From Chiloscyllium plagiosum (taxonomy: Eukaryota), in assembly GCF_004010195.1 (NCBI RefSeq), contig NC_057737.1, positions 33,266,715 to 33,330,714 of the forward strand: a DNA stretch of 64,000 nt, read 5' to 3'. The translations under genes were made by a program, and so were the position numbers. Positions 1 to 12,320 of the stretch are shown one piece after another. The first letter of the stretch is position 1; the number at the start of each line of letters is the position of its first letter. Under the pieces are notes generated by a model, which ran no database searches, was not told where the DNA came from, and saw only the letters and a list, made by a program, of their open reading frames with translations.

Positions 1-2644
1 AGTGACGTAACCATGCAGAATTGCCTACTACCTTCATCCCAACTGGACTTCAAATCGGCACTACAACTGGCTTTGCCATTAGAAAATGTGGCAAATGGAG
101 CATGGGAGCTACAGTGCATCACAGTGGAAGTGAGATCTGCCACCTATCTGACTGAGCTTGGGGAAAACCAATTGAGTGTATGCAATTGCAGAACCTCAGA
201 CAGGGCATATCCTCAGCAGAGGGGACCTTAGGCCAGCCCACAGCACAACCACACTACAAAGTCAATCCTCAGCCAAGTGACTAAAAAGTTCTTCAGGATC
301 TGGGCTGGCAAGCCATTGTAATTGCTGCTGGAATGCAGACTCCGGAGAGCAAATGAGTCCTACAAGGCTTGACTTGAGTAAGAAACTTATAGGCTGGTAA
401 CCAGGAAAGTGCACAACGTAGAATGTCCCCCTACATGTGGGGTTGAACAATTAAATTGCTTAGGGGCATCCAAATCTGAACCGATTAAAATGAATGTTTG
501 GTTAACTGGTCACCCAATTCCCATGGAGATCATTACTGACACAGCTACATCTGAGGTTGCAGAATCTGTCTTTTACAAGATTCGCTTATAATCCTAAACC
601 TTAATTATGTGCAAGATCTCAGTCAGATTGAGAACATATATCGGGGAACTGTTGCAGATTAAGGCTACGCCTTTGGCTCCAGTCTCCTATGAGAAGCAGT
701 GTGGTGCAGTTACCACTGATGGTAGTAAAAGGCTTGGCCCCAAGCCTGTTGGGGCAGAATTGGGTAAGAAAGATTCACCTAGATTGGCTTAACGTGTTTT
801 GATTGGAAATGGCTGTCTCAATGATGTCCCAGTGAAATACTCAGGAGTTTTTCCAAGAAGTACTTGGACAATCAAAGGCACTTAACATTTTGACCAGGAA
901 GCAATTTTGAAATTTTGCAAGTCCTACTGGGGTGCCATTTGTCTTGCAGGCAGAAATCAGGAGGCTGGAGAACAAAGGTCTCATCAAACAAATACAGTTT
1001 TGCAGAATGGGCAGCACTGGTTGTACTGATTGTGAAGCCTAATGGCTTAGTTTGCCTTTATGAGGATTTTGAGCAAATGGTAAACCACTTCTCGCAGCTG
1101 GATAAATACCAAGTCCCTCACACAGAGGACTTGTTCACAAAGTTGGGGGTGGGTGGAGGCTGTCTTTTATGAAGCTGGACATAAGTCACGGCAATTCTCA
1201 GAAGTACGCAAAATTAATACCCATGAGGGTTTATATCAATATACAAGACTGTAATTTGGGGTATCACCAGCCTGTGCCCTTTTCCTATGGACCATGGAAA
1301 ACATTTTACAAGGTCCACTCTAGGTTACCATTTATCTGGATGTCATACTAATAACAGGTAAGACCAATAAAGAGCACTTGAAAAACTTGGACATAGTGCT
1401 TAAATATTTCTCCCAGTCAGGAGTGCACCTTAGATGGCAAAAATGTGTATTCCAGGCACCCCAAGTGACCTACTTGGGTTACAGAGTCGACAAAGCTGGG
1501 TTATACCTGTTAGAAGATAAAGTGAGCCCTGGCTCCCATATCTATACTGGAGCTGAAGTCTTTCCTTGGGTCAGTGAATCATCATGGAAAATTCATACAT
1601 AACCTGGCCTCCATCTTGGCATACTTACACCTGCTGTTGAAAAAGGGTCAGCCTTGAAAATGGTTATGTAGCCAAGAAGCAGCCTTTAGGGATGTGGCAA
1701 AACAGCTGTTGTCATCAAAGGTGTTGGTCCACCACGATCTGAAGTGAGAAGTTGTGCTGATATCCAAAGCCTCCCTGTATGGTGTTGGGGTAGTCTTGGC
1801 TCACTGGTGGCCACATGGAAAGAATGCACAATAACATTTGCTTCCTGAACTTTGGTTGATGCTGAATGCAACTATGCCCAGATAGATAAAGAAGGTTTTG
1901 TGGTCATCTTTAGAGTGAGGAAATTCCACTAGTACCTTTAAGAATGGGAATTTGGCATAATAACAGATCACAAACTTTACTAGGGCCACTGAAGGCAGAC
2001 AAGTTGGTGCCGCTCATAGCTTCCAGTAGAATTCATCTTTGGGCCCTTATTCTCAGCGGGTACAAGCACAAGTTAGAACACCATCCAGGAAGCCAAATGG
2101 CAAATGCAAATACCTTGAGTCTCCTACCACTGGCAGATACTCCACTGGTGATGCCTCCCCTGGAAGAGTCCTTTAGGTTTTAAACTTTCTGGACACCATT
2201 CCAGTCACCATTGACAATATCTGACTGTGGACACAAAAAGGTCTTGTCCTAGCAAAATTAAAACAGCTGGTGATAATGAGGGAAAGAGAGGGCCACGGCA
2301 ACCAGAATTGAAATCCTTCTGGACACGGCAAGACCAGAGGGCAGAATATTACTATGAGGAGCAAGGGTGATTGTCCTGAGTAAAGGTCACTGTCAGATGC
2401 TGACTCAACTCCACCATGATTATCCAGGGATTTCCAAGACGAACATACTAGCAAGAAGCTATGACTGTTCACCAGGTTTGGATGTTGCCATAGCTGCATT
2501 AGTTGGGCTGTGTCCAGAATGCCAACAAGGACAAAAATTGGAACCAGCAGCACCCCAATACTGTTGGGAATGGCTGGGTAACCCTGAACTTGTTTGCATG
2601 CCAACTATACCGGACCTTTCATGGGCTCAATTTTCCTGGTCATT

Positions 2645-2861
2645 TTGGGCAGGAGCAAGTGTTGGACCCGGGTAGATAAAGTTAAAAATCACACAACATC
2701 AGGTTATGGTCCAAAAGGTTTATTTGGAAACACAAGCTTTTGGACCGCTGCTCCTTCTTCAGGTGGTTGTCCTGAAGAAGGAGCAGCGCTCTGAAAGCTA
2801 GTGCTTCCAAATAAACCTGTTGGACTGTAATCTGGTATTGTGTGATTTTTTAACTTTGTCC
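2645..2861. mobile_element. Non-autonomous foldback element made of two tail-to-tail PLE family-B 3' ends
   Basis: 2677-2763 is the reverse complement of 2771-2858. Flanked by 12-bp TSD TTCCTGGTCATT (2633-2644 / 2862-2873). Arms match the 3' end of the PLE at 16020-16125. Confidence 0.88.
2769..2803 (+). ncRNA. Minimal hammerhead ribozyme motif (PLE family B)
   Basis: CUGAAGA-a-GGAGC-agc-GCUCU-GAAA-G-CUA-gug: catalytic core, helix II and a palindromic AGCU helix-III rudiment. Helix I is imperfect in this copy. Confidence 0.7.
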
Positions 2862-3741
2862 TTCCTGGTCATTATGGAGGCCCATTCAAAGTGATTGGAC
2901 ATGCATAAAGTTCATTTGGCAAACTTAGGGATGACAATTGAGAATCTGTGAGCACCATTTGCAATACACGGACTTCTGGGACCAATATGGGAGTATTGGT
3001 CACAGACAACGGGATGTCATTTGCCAACAGGGAATTTGAATATTTCCTAAAGTGCAATGGCATTTGTTACATAAGGACAGCTCCTTACCATCTATTTGTC
3101 CAATGGTCCAGTGGAAAGAACTGTTCAAACATTGAAGGCAGGCTTAAAGGAGCACCCCACATGCAACAATAGGGATTGCTCCAGCTGTGTTGCTAATGGG
3201 GAGAAGACTCCGGACCAGGCTAAGCCTGACATTTCTGGAGAGGGAAGCGTTAAACAGTAACAGGAATGCCAATGTCAATCACATGCCTCCTCTAAGCAAG
3301 AGAAACAGTTTAATTCAGGGGATGAATTTTGGTGCTGGAGCCCTGTGTGGGTTCAAAGCAAGGTTAACGTGAAGTCAGGTCCCATGACTTACAAGTTCAG
3401 GTAGATGATACTGTCCTGAACAAACACATGGATCACCTGAAAGCTATGATCTCTCAAATGTGGCAGAAGCAAAACATAACTGGCCCCTCAGAACATTCAG
3501 AAGGCTTGTCAAAAACTGTAGATTCTCCCCCTGCATCTAGTGTCGAGGAAACCTTTGAGTCCAAGATGGATGCATCCTATACCATCAATGCCAGAAGAAG
3601 AGGAGGATACCCTCCAGAGTTGCTCCAGATGCAAGAGATGGGCTACACTCTGGTACACGCCACCTGTGTCAGAGCCTGAATCAAAGGAACCGGACCAGGG
3701 GCTAAAACCTCACAGAAACCTTAAGGACTGATTCGGGATAG

Positions 3742-3831
3742 CTGAAAAATGTGTTGCTGGAAAAGCGCAGCAGGTCAGGCAGCATCCAAGGAGCAGGAGA
3801 ATCGTCGTTTCGGGCATAAGCACTTCTTCAG
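3742..3831 (-). mobile_element. 90-bp PLE family-C 3'-end fragment with hammerhead motif, inserted into the CR1
   Basis: 12-bp TSD GATTCGGGATAG (3730-3741 / 3832-3843). Matches 8370-8454 and 46697-46780. Confidence 0.88.
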
Positions 3832-4472
3832 GATTCGGGATAGTCAACATGGCTTTGTGCATGGGAAATCATGTCTCGCAAACTTGATTAAATTTTTTGA
3901 TGAAATAACAAAGAAGATTGATGAGGGCAGAGCAGGATATGTGATCTTTATGGACTTCAGTAAGGCATTCGACAAGGTTCCCCATGGGAGACTGATTAGC
4001 AAGGTTAGATCTCATGGAATGCAGGGAGAACTAGCCATTTGGATACAGAACTGGCTCAAAGGTAGAAGACAGAGGTGGTGGTGGAGGGTTGTTTTTCAGA
4101 CTGGAGGCCTGTGACCAGTGGATCGGTGCTGGGTCTTATACTTTTTGTCATTTACATAAATGATTTGGATGCGAGCATAAGAGGTACAGTTAGTAAGTTT
4201 GCAGATGACACCAAAGTTAGAGGTGTAGTGGACAGTGAAGAGGTTACCTCAGATTACAACAGGATCTGGACCAGACGGGCCAATGGGCTGAGAAGTGGCA
4301 GATGGAGTTTAATTCAGATAAATACAAGGTGCTGCATTTTGGGAAAGCAAATCTTAGCAGGACTTATACACTTAATGGTAAGGTCTTAGGGAGTGTTGCT
4401 GAACAAAGAAACCTTGGAGTGCAGGTTCATAGCTCCTTGAAAGTGGAGTCGCAGGTAGATAGGATAGTGAAG

Positions 4473-4611
4473 NNNNNNNNNNNNNNNNNNNNNNNNNNNN
4501 NNNNNNNNNNNNNNNNNNNNNNNNNNNNNNNNNNNNNNNNNNNNNNNNNNNNNNNNNNNNNNNNNNNNNNNNNNNNNNNNNNNNNNNNNNNNNNNNNNNN
4601 NNNNNNNNNNN
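4473..4611. other. Assembly gap (139 N) inside CR1
   Basis: Run of N. Confidence 0.99.
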
Positions 4612-4975
4612 TGGGTCGGAGAGTCCAGAACTAGAGGGCATAGGTTTAGGGTGAGAGGGGAAAGATATAAAAGAGACCTAAGGGGCAACGTTTTCACGCA
4701 GAGGGTGGTATGTGTATGGAATGAGCTGCCAGAGGATGTGGTGGAGGATGGTACAATTGCAACATTTAAGAGGCATTTGGATGGGTATATGAATAGGAAG
4801 GGTTTGGAGGGATATGGGCCGGGTGCTGGCAGGTGGGACTAGATTGGGTTGGGATATCTGGTCGGCATGGACGGGTTGGACTGAAGGGTCTGTTTCCATG
4901 CTGTACATCTCTATGACTCTAAATAGCTAAAAGAGAAAGATCAGGCCTATAACTCCAGACCTATCGGTTGAGAGA

Positions 4976-5454
4976 TGTAATGATTGGAACCAGTGGATCT
5001 CGATGACAATGAGGTCCTTGAATGGGATTGTTAACCTGGGCCAATCAGGAGGCACTGTCTAATCAATATTAACAGGAAACTTAAAAAAAGAGAAAAAAAG
5101 AAAAGGGAAAAAACAGAACGATCAGAGGTTCTGTTCACTCAGAGAGCTGGCTCTGTGGGAGCTGGACCAGTGTTGAAGGACTCTTCAGTTTGTGTTAAGA
5201 AGGGGACTGACCTTTCGGCTGTCTGTACCACACAGTGTGTTATTACTGCTGTTGGGTTTCCTACTGAGGAGGAGAGTTTACTTTGTTCTCTTCCCCCTGT
5301 TCCAAGAAGACTTAAACAAAAAATTAACAGGAAATTTGGAATTTCCTCAGTTCGGGAATTGGTTATGAGCTGGCTGGCCATAGCCAGTGTACTGTGAACA
5401 AGTACATAAAGAGTGACCAGGTAACAAAGTACTGGCCTCTATGCAGTTATTTCA
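4976..5454 (+). mobile_element. Probable 3' LTR of the Gypsy element
   Basis: Begins TGTAAT just after a purine-rich PPT-like stretch (ggttgagaga) and ends TTATTTCA, giving TG...CA termini. CCAAT at 5041. Lies just downstream of the integrase once the CR1 insertion is removed. Confidence 0.6.
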
Positions 5455-8206
5455 ATATGGAAGCAGCCAGTCACATGGAATTGTATAATATGATAGCACC
5501 AATTGACTTGGTGTACAGTTAGGCTTAAATATGGGATAAATGCCTAAAAGTCCTGGCAGTAGAAAGTACATCTGCTGCTGGTGACTGCACAATAGCAAGA
5601 GCACAGTGTCACAGAGGAGTAATGCGTACAAAATGAGGTGAGCAGTGGAAAATTGCATGAGATAACTTGCTAGAACTTGTAAAGAAACTGTCTATTAAAC
5701 TTTCTGAAATTGACAATAAATCAACCTTTTAGTAAGATTTAGTCTAGAGTCATTAAATCTCTAAAAGAAATTTAACAATCATTAAATTTACAATTGGTGA
5801 ATAACAAAAACATTGAAAAATTAAAGAAATAGAGGAAAAATATTAAAATTGATGTAATGCTGAGAAATACAACTGAACTTTCTTTAAAATATGACCTTGC
5901 AGTTTGCTGCCCTTAAGGGGCATTCTCAGCTCCTCGAGCATTCTCAGCTCCTTATGCATCATGGGCTTCATTTCCCCTGCGCTGTGTTGCAGCCTACCCA
6001 TCTTTGCATGTTAGAAGTTTCAGGGAGAGGCCAACATTAGAAGTTGGTCCATAAAATGCAGCTATCTGTAATGGGCAACTAAGTGAGTAGTTTTTTGGCA
6101 CTGGTCTGGTCAGAACTGACACTAAACAGAAATACTGAAACATGGCATCATCAAAACATTCTTCCGTCTCACTGAAAGCCAAATGAAAAATTGTGGCTTG
6201 AGTGCAGGTACCCAAAGAATGCCACTAGTCTTATCCTGGCGATTGAAATACATATCAGTTAGCTTTATTGTTGTTTCCTTGATCCCATCTAATTACCTAA
6301 TCATATCAATGTTACCTCTAGTTCCATTGCTTTCATATTTAAGGATAAATAGATCGTAACTAAATGTATATTTTATGCAATTGCACAAAATCAATACACA
6401 ATGCAATGATTAGAGTACCTTTTTGTTGAGTCAGTTGAGGGATTTTCATGTCAGAGCTATAAAATAATGTGGTGTCATCAGTTGTAGCCAAGATCTTGGG
6501 AAGGACATCAATGCAATAAAATTGATGGCCCCACCATTTGCAGTGATTCCAATGATGATGAATACAGAGTGTGCCAGTCATCTGACATTATTCCTATGCT
6601 ATATCCTGACTGATATTCAAGGTTCCACATAGCTGCCCGGCGTAAATATTATGGTAATGGTAAAAAAAACTATTAATTTTTGACTTCTATTGTACAATTT
6701 TAATAGCAAGGGCTTTTCCTTGACCATGTTGAGCCAAGTTCATGAAATAAATAATAATTAAGACCTAGTCTGAAATTAACATGTCATTAAAAGTATTTAA
6801 CCTCTTCATTCTCATCTGTATCTTCTGTTTAATTTGTACCTTTCTGGAAATTTCATACTTTGGGATCTAAGTTGCCAGCAGGTTGTCCAATTTAGGGATG
6901 ACAGTAAAACTAGACATACATAAATGAGATATTTCAGGCAACTGTTTTGAGGACACAGCAGAAGGAAAAAAATGGATTTGTAACAACAGAACTAGAAAGC
7001 TTTTTCTCTCACTGTTTCCCTTAGTCTCTCTCAAACTGTTCCCAAATATGAAGCAAACTGGAAAAACATCCAGTCAGCAAGAACTCAACAGATATCATCA
7101 TATTTGTGCAATGCTAAGGATTCAAGATATCAAGATGTGGTATGATGTAAAAAGCTAACACTTTAAGGACTTTAATGACTTATTTTGCAAATTGTCTACT
7201 TTCATCCACCTTTTTGTACAAGACACTTCCCTTTTTAAACTTTACATCTATGATTATGTGCATGTTTAATGTCACGTTAATTATAATTCCTAGGGATGGC
7301 AAGTAATTTCCGTTTCTTTCATGCAAGGATTGAGTAATTGGATTCTTAATTATGATGAATATTGTGTTTTAATCGAAGGGTTTTTATAGCTGTGTGCTAA
7401 AAATTATTAAAAATCTTTGTTATAGCCAACCAAGTGGGGAAGGAGTTAAAAAGGGAACCAATTTGTCCTTCCTCAGCTGGTCACACTATGAACTTGGTAG
7501 TCAAAGTTGAAGACACTTGTCAACTTCATAACCACAGAGAAAGAGAAAGGGAGAGAGAGCTGTAGACAGATGTGACTGCAGGTCCTCATCAATTGGTGAC
7601 AGAACTTCCCTAACTACTTCTTTGTGAACTATAGACTTCTTATACTTAGCTTCATATGAGTGTGTTTGTATAAACAGCATTATTTGTATGGTCTGCTGAA
7701 GGTAATATCTGATGGAGTCAATCCACCTGAAATGCCACTGTACTACTCTGTCCTCCATTCTGTCCTGTTCAGTTTCCTTTTATGATGACAAGCCTGCTCC
7801 AGGAAAATCTTACCTGTGTGCTTGGAAGGAATCATACTAATGTGCTCCTGGCGTAAAGTGACCATTTGACCATGTCAAGTTGCAGATATTGCAGAGAAAC
7901 CATGTCCTGTGTGGGGAAAACATTTAACTTTCGAAATCTAAACCACTTTTCACCAAGTATTTAGCTGAGAAGAAGAAAAGCCTGCCAAGATATTTGTCAC
8001 AGTTGTCAGACAATGATTCCAGCTCATCTAGTGTAGATAGTAAAATATTGGATGAAAATTTCAACCTACAGCATATTGACAATGTCAAGTATAAAGGAGA
8101 AAATTAATTTGTGATTGTTGCAATGACGACAGCAGAACAACAATATCAAAGAATATGAAGTGCCAGAGATATGGATGTTTCCTTTCAATGTTATGAGCTT
8201 CACAGA

Positions 8207-10871
8207 TGTTAGCAAGTTTTGAGAAGGTTTGCTGCTCGGGTTGAGGATCTAGATGTAAGTTTGCTCGCTGAGCTAGAAGGTTCGTTTTCAGTGGTTTCAT
8301 CACCTTGCTAAGTAGCATCATCAGTGAGGCAAAATTGAGGACTGCAGGTGCTAGAGGTTAAAGTCGAGCGTGTGGGGCTAGAAAAGTACAGCAGGTCAGA
8401 CAGCATCCGAGGAGCAGAGGAATCGACATTTCAGGCAAAAGCCCTTCATCAGGAATGAGGCTGTGAGCCAAAGGGCGGTGGGGCTGGGGGGAGGGTAGCT
8501 GAGAGTGTGACAGGTGGAGGAAAAGGTGATAGGTCAGAGAGGAGGATGTAGCGGATAGCTGGCAAGGAAGATGAACAGGTAGGACAGGTCATGAGAGCAG
8601 TGCTGAGATAGAAGATTAGAACTGGGATAAGTTGGGGGGGGGGGGAAATGAGGAAACTGGTGATATCCATATTGATGCCATGGAGTTGGAGGGTCTCGAG
8701 GCAGAAGATGAGACGTTCTTCCCCCAGGCATCGGGTGGTTAGGGAGTGGTGATGGATGAGGGGGAGTTGAAGTGTTTGGCCAATGGGGCGGTGGGGTTGC
8801 TTAGAGCGGGTGTCCCAGAGATGTTCATTGAAGCGCTCTGTGAGTAGGCATCCAGTCTCTCCTATGTAGAGAAGACCGCATTACATGCAATGGATACAGT
8901 AAATGACATGTGGAAGTGCAGGTAAAACTTTGATGGATATGCAAGGCTCCTTTGGGGCCTTGGACAGGGGTGAGGGGGGAGGTGTGGGCGCAGGCTTTGC
9001 AATTCTTTCGGTGGCAAGGGAAGGTGCCAGGAAGGGGGGGGGGGTGCTGTGCATCTGACGAGGGAGTCGTGGAAGGAATAGTCTTTGCGGAAAGTGGATA
9101 GGGTTAGGGAGGGAAATATATCCCTTGTGGTGGTGCCTGTTTGTAGGTGGAGGAAATGGCGGAGGATGATGCTATGGATATGGAGGTTGGTGGGGTGGCA
9201 GGTAAGGACGGGGGGTTCTGTACTTGTTGCGATTGGAAGGGTGGAGTTCAAGGGTGGAGGTGCGGGAAGTGGATAAGCTGCACTGGAGGGCATCATCAAG
9301 CAAGTGGGAGGGGAATCTGCGGTCTTTAAAGAAGGAGGCTATCTGGTGTTTTCTTTGGTGGAACTGGTCCTCCTGGGAGCAGATGCAGTGGAGGCGGAGG
9401 AATTGGGAATAAATGATAGCATTTTTACAGGAGGCAGGGTGGGAGGATGTGTAGTCCAGATAGCTATGGGAGGCAGTGGGTTTGTAGAAGATGTCAGTGT
9501 TGAGTTAGTCACCGTTGATGGAGATGGAGAGGTCCAGGAAGTGAAGGGAGGCGTCTGAGATGGTCTAGGTGAATTAAGGTCTGGATGGAATGTGTTAGTG
9601 AAGTTGATGAACTGTTCAACCTTCTCATGGAAGCATGAGGTGGCGCCGACACAGTCATCAGTGTAGCGGAGGAAAGGTTGGGGAATGGTGCTGGTGTAAC
9701 TGCTGAAGATGGACTGTTCCACAGGCAAAGCTGGGTCCCATGCAGGTGCCCATGGCTACCCCTTTCATCTGAAAGAAGTGGGAGGATTCAAAGGAGAAAT
9801 TATTGAGGGTGAGGACCAATTCAACCAAATGAATGAGAGTGTCAGTGGAAGGGTACTGGTGGGGACGTCGGGAGAGGAAGAAACAGATGGCTTGGAAGCC
9901 CTTATCATGGCAGATGGAGGTGTACAGGGACTGGATGTCCATGGTGAAGATGAGGTGTTGGGGGCCAGGGAAATAAAAGTCTTGGAGGAGGTGGAGGGTG
10001 TGGGTGGTGTTCCTGAACATATGTGGCGACCTGATATTTTAGAGTGTTGGTGAGTTCGTGGACCACCATGATGCCAAGAGGTCTGAGTAGTCTGGCAGTC
10101 ATCTCCGAGGTGTCTTTGTTATAGAGGAGAGTGGCTCGGGCTTCTGGGTGTGTTTTGTCTGCTTGTTTGGGTTTGTTGCTGAGAAATTGGCGGACTGTGT
10201 TCATTGGTACCTGTTTATTTTGAATGCGCTGTCTAGGTGATTCTCTTCTGCTCTTCATAGTTCCTCTGTGCTGCAGTGTATGGTGGCTCATTGAAATAAC
10301 GTTCTAATGCCTGCTAGACTACTCAGACCTCTTGGCCTCATGGTAATCAGCAACTAATGATTTGAAGGACCCTATACAGACAACAAGCAAAACTAATGTC
10401 ATTTACAAAATACCTTGCAAGAACTGTAACAAACACTGCATTGGACAAACGAGCAGTAAACCAGCCACCAGAATACATGAACATCAACTTGCCACAAAAA
10501 GACATGACCCACTCTCACGAGTATCCTTACGTATAGATGAGGAAGGACATCACTTCGACTGGGACAACACATCCATCCTAAAACAAGCCAAATAGAGACG
10601 AGTACGAGAATTTCTAGAAGCATAGCATTCCAACTGGAACTTTATCAACAAACATATTGACTCAGACCCCATTTACCAACCTCTGAGAAAAAGAAAAGGA
10701 AATGACATCACCACAGGAAATGATATCACCAACCCAAGGAAACCTGAATACATAAATAGAAAGCAGGTCACTAACACCAGTGTTTCACCAGAAGCTCGCT
10801 GATGGTGTTACTTAGTATGGTGACGAACCGTCGGAAAATGAACCTTCCAGCTCAGCGAGCAAACTTGCATC
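8207..10871. mobile_element. PLE family-A tail-to-tail insertion (minus arm 8207-8330 and 10025-10290; plus arm 10305-10871 with GIY-YIG), interrupted by a family-C PLE
   Basis: GIY-YIG peptide NVIYKIPCKNCNKHCIGQT...TRIHEH (10395-10483). Both ends are 3' ends of the element at 62570-62680 pointing outward. 9-bp near-TSD CTTCACAGA (8198-8206) / CTTCATAGA (10872-10880). Confidence 0.85.
8332..10017 (-). mobile_element. PLE family C, 5'-truncated (RT, GIY-YIG and hammerhead-bearing 3' end)
   Basis: Minus-strand RT motifs LIFTMDIQSLYTSI, FFQMKGVAMGTCMGPS and FLRYTDDCVG. Endonuclease HVIYCIHCM*CGLLYIGETG (~8850-8910). Hammerhead motif at 8424-8452. Confidence 0.9.
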
Positions 10872-11644
10872 CTTCATAGACTTGTTTAAGCTTACAGTAT
10901 ACCAGATCTCAATCCAAAAGTGGAACCCTCAGAGATATATTTAAGGTCTGAGAGGACAAATTAGTTCTTGCACAATGAAAAGACAGGACTGAAGATCTGA
11001 CATTCTTGTTAATTGTAACTAGTCGAAAGGGACTCAGAAAAAAACAAGATAAAGCCTGACTGGTAACCCTGTTTATGCCAGTTGACACCTATAATGTTTC
11101 GCAAGCCACTTCAATTGACAAACAACCAAATAAAGAGTGCTAGACAGGAAGTGTCTGACTGCAGGATTAAAAAGGAACTTGATTACAAAGTTAAAAAATG
11201 AAATGATTACTTTGCTGAGCATGGCTAATACTGGACAGCTAAAGAAAATGAAGGGAAGAACATAAGTCAGCAGAATCAACTGAGAAAATTTCGAAACAGA
11301 ACCAAACACCACATCATTCCACTCAGACGATATTGAAGGAAAAAACTGCTTACCACACGCAAGCCACAAGTGTAAAGAGACTGATTTTTAAAAAGTGACT
11401 AACAGGAAAAACTGTGAGCAAATGCATGAGAAGATTTGTTTGCATAATGGGTAACTTTTGATGTAAATGATAGTGCATGTATTTTTTTTACGAAGAGTGG
11501 GTTGTTTGATGAAAATTGTACCAATGTGCATCTGGCTTGCTATGGCCATGTGACCTCTGCTATTATGCACTCATTGCAGACAGCCATCTCACAAGCAGTT
11601 TTAATAAAGACTCAGTACAAGCCACATTGAACGTGTAACAGTAT

Positions 11645-11750
11645 GGTGAAAACAGATATTGTTGGAGAAACTCAGCAAATCTGGCAGCATCTGTGGGGAG
11701 AAAAGAGTTCCGGTGGCTCTTCATTAGAACAAGTTTCTGGTTTCTCTGCT
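11645..11750 (-). mobile_element. Short PLE family-D 3'-end fragment
   Basis: aaaacagatattgttggagaaactcagcaaatctggcagcatctgtgg is the reverse complement of 49070-49125 and resembles 33200-33237. Confidence 0.6.
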
Positions 11751-12089
11751 AAAATCAGTGAGCAGTAAGTCCACATTTTGTAAGCAATTTATTAAAATTA
11801 TAACTGAGAAAAGTTGTTCCCATTGCAGAAAACAAGTTAAAATTCTCAATTTTCTTTAGATTCATCAAGTTTATCTTTATGCTAGCAGTAGGAAGATGGT
11901 GGATTGGAGTGTTTAGTGGTGGTAGCAAATTGGGAAGGGAAACCACTTACATGTCTCTAGTTGCAAAAACACATTTACATTAATTAAATGTGGCAGTTAC
12001 ACCAAAAATGGTGTAAAAATTCTAAATAATTTTCGTTAGCATGATGAAAACTGTCTCATTTTGTCTGCTTATAAATATGAATATATTGG

Positions 12090-12320
12090 AAAAAATGGTA
12101 CAAGAGTTTCTAACGTAACCACCTCTTCAGCTACTCACTTCCACATCTTGTAATTTTGGAGATCTCTTCTGTACCCTCTGTTGTGCAATTACATCCTGTC
12201 TGTAATGAGGTGTCCAGACTCTGCACAGTACTCAATGTGTTCAAGGTAATGATTTATATAGATCTATCCTACCACATTGCTCTTGGATTATTTACCTCAA
12301 TACAGATGATATTCTTGTAC
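12090..12320 (-). mobile_element. Old CR1-type LINE fragment, continuing at ~16145-16490 after the PLE-B insertion
   Basis: Diverged similarity to the minus-strand CR1 text at 39170-39620 (ctctgtaccctc...gtccagactctgcacagtactc). Confidence 0.55.

Larger units (their letters stand above)
1..3722 (+). mobile_element. Decayed Ty3/Gypsy LTR retrotransposon internal region (gag tail, protease, RT, RNase H, integrase), many stops and frameshifts
   Basis: ORF fragments lie in Gypsy order. Protease: PIKMNVWLTGHPIPMEIITDT (~480-560). RT: WAALVVLIVKPNG...DKYQVPHTEDLF (~1010-1140) and KCVFQAPQVTYLGYRVD (~1440-1490). Integrase Zn-finger-like: LHHDYPGISKTNILARSY...C..CQ (2400-2530). Integrase core: LVTDNGMSFANREFEYFLKCNGICYIRTAPYH (2995-3090). 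Confidence 0.9.
3723..4920 (+). mobile_element. Young 5'-truncated CR1 LINE (RT and 3' UTR) inserted in the Gypsy element
   Basis: RT motifs SQHGFVHGKSCLANL, MDFSKAFDKVPH and SKFADDTK. 3' end ...CATCTCTATGACTCT. Nearly identical to 43128-44410. Confidence 0.95.

Noticed and set aside
2645-2861. Palindromes as pre-miRNA, CRISPR repeats or DNA-transposon TIRs
   Set aside because: The arms are PLE 3' ends with 12-bp TSDs, there is no repeat-spacer array, and the context is eukaryotic.
5920-5953. Short tandem duplication GCATTCTCAGCTCCT x2
   Set aside because: Ordinary slippage duplication with no other signal.
7501-7758. 85-aa minus-strand ORF
   Set aside because: No recognisable motif or supporting splice structure, and the length is within chance expectation.
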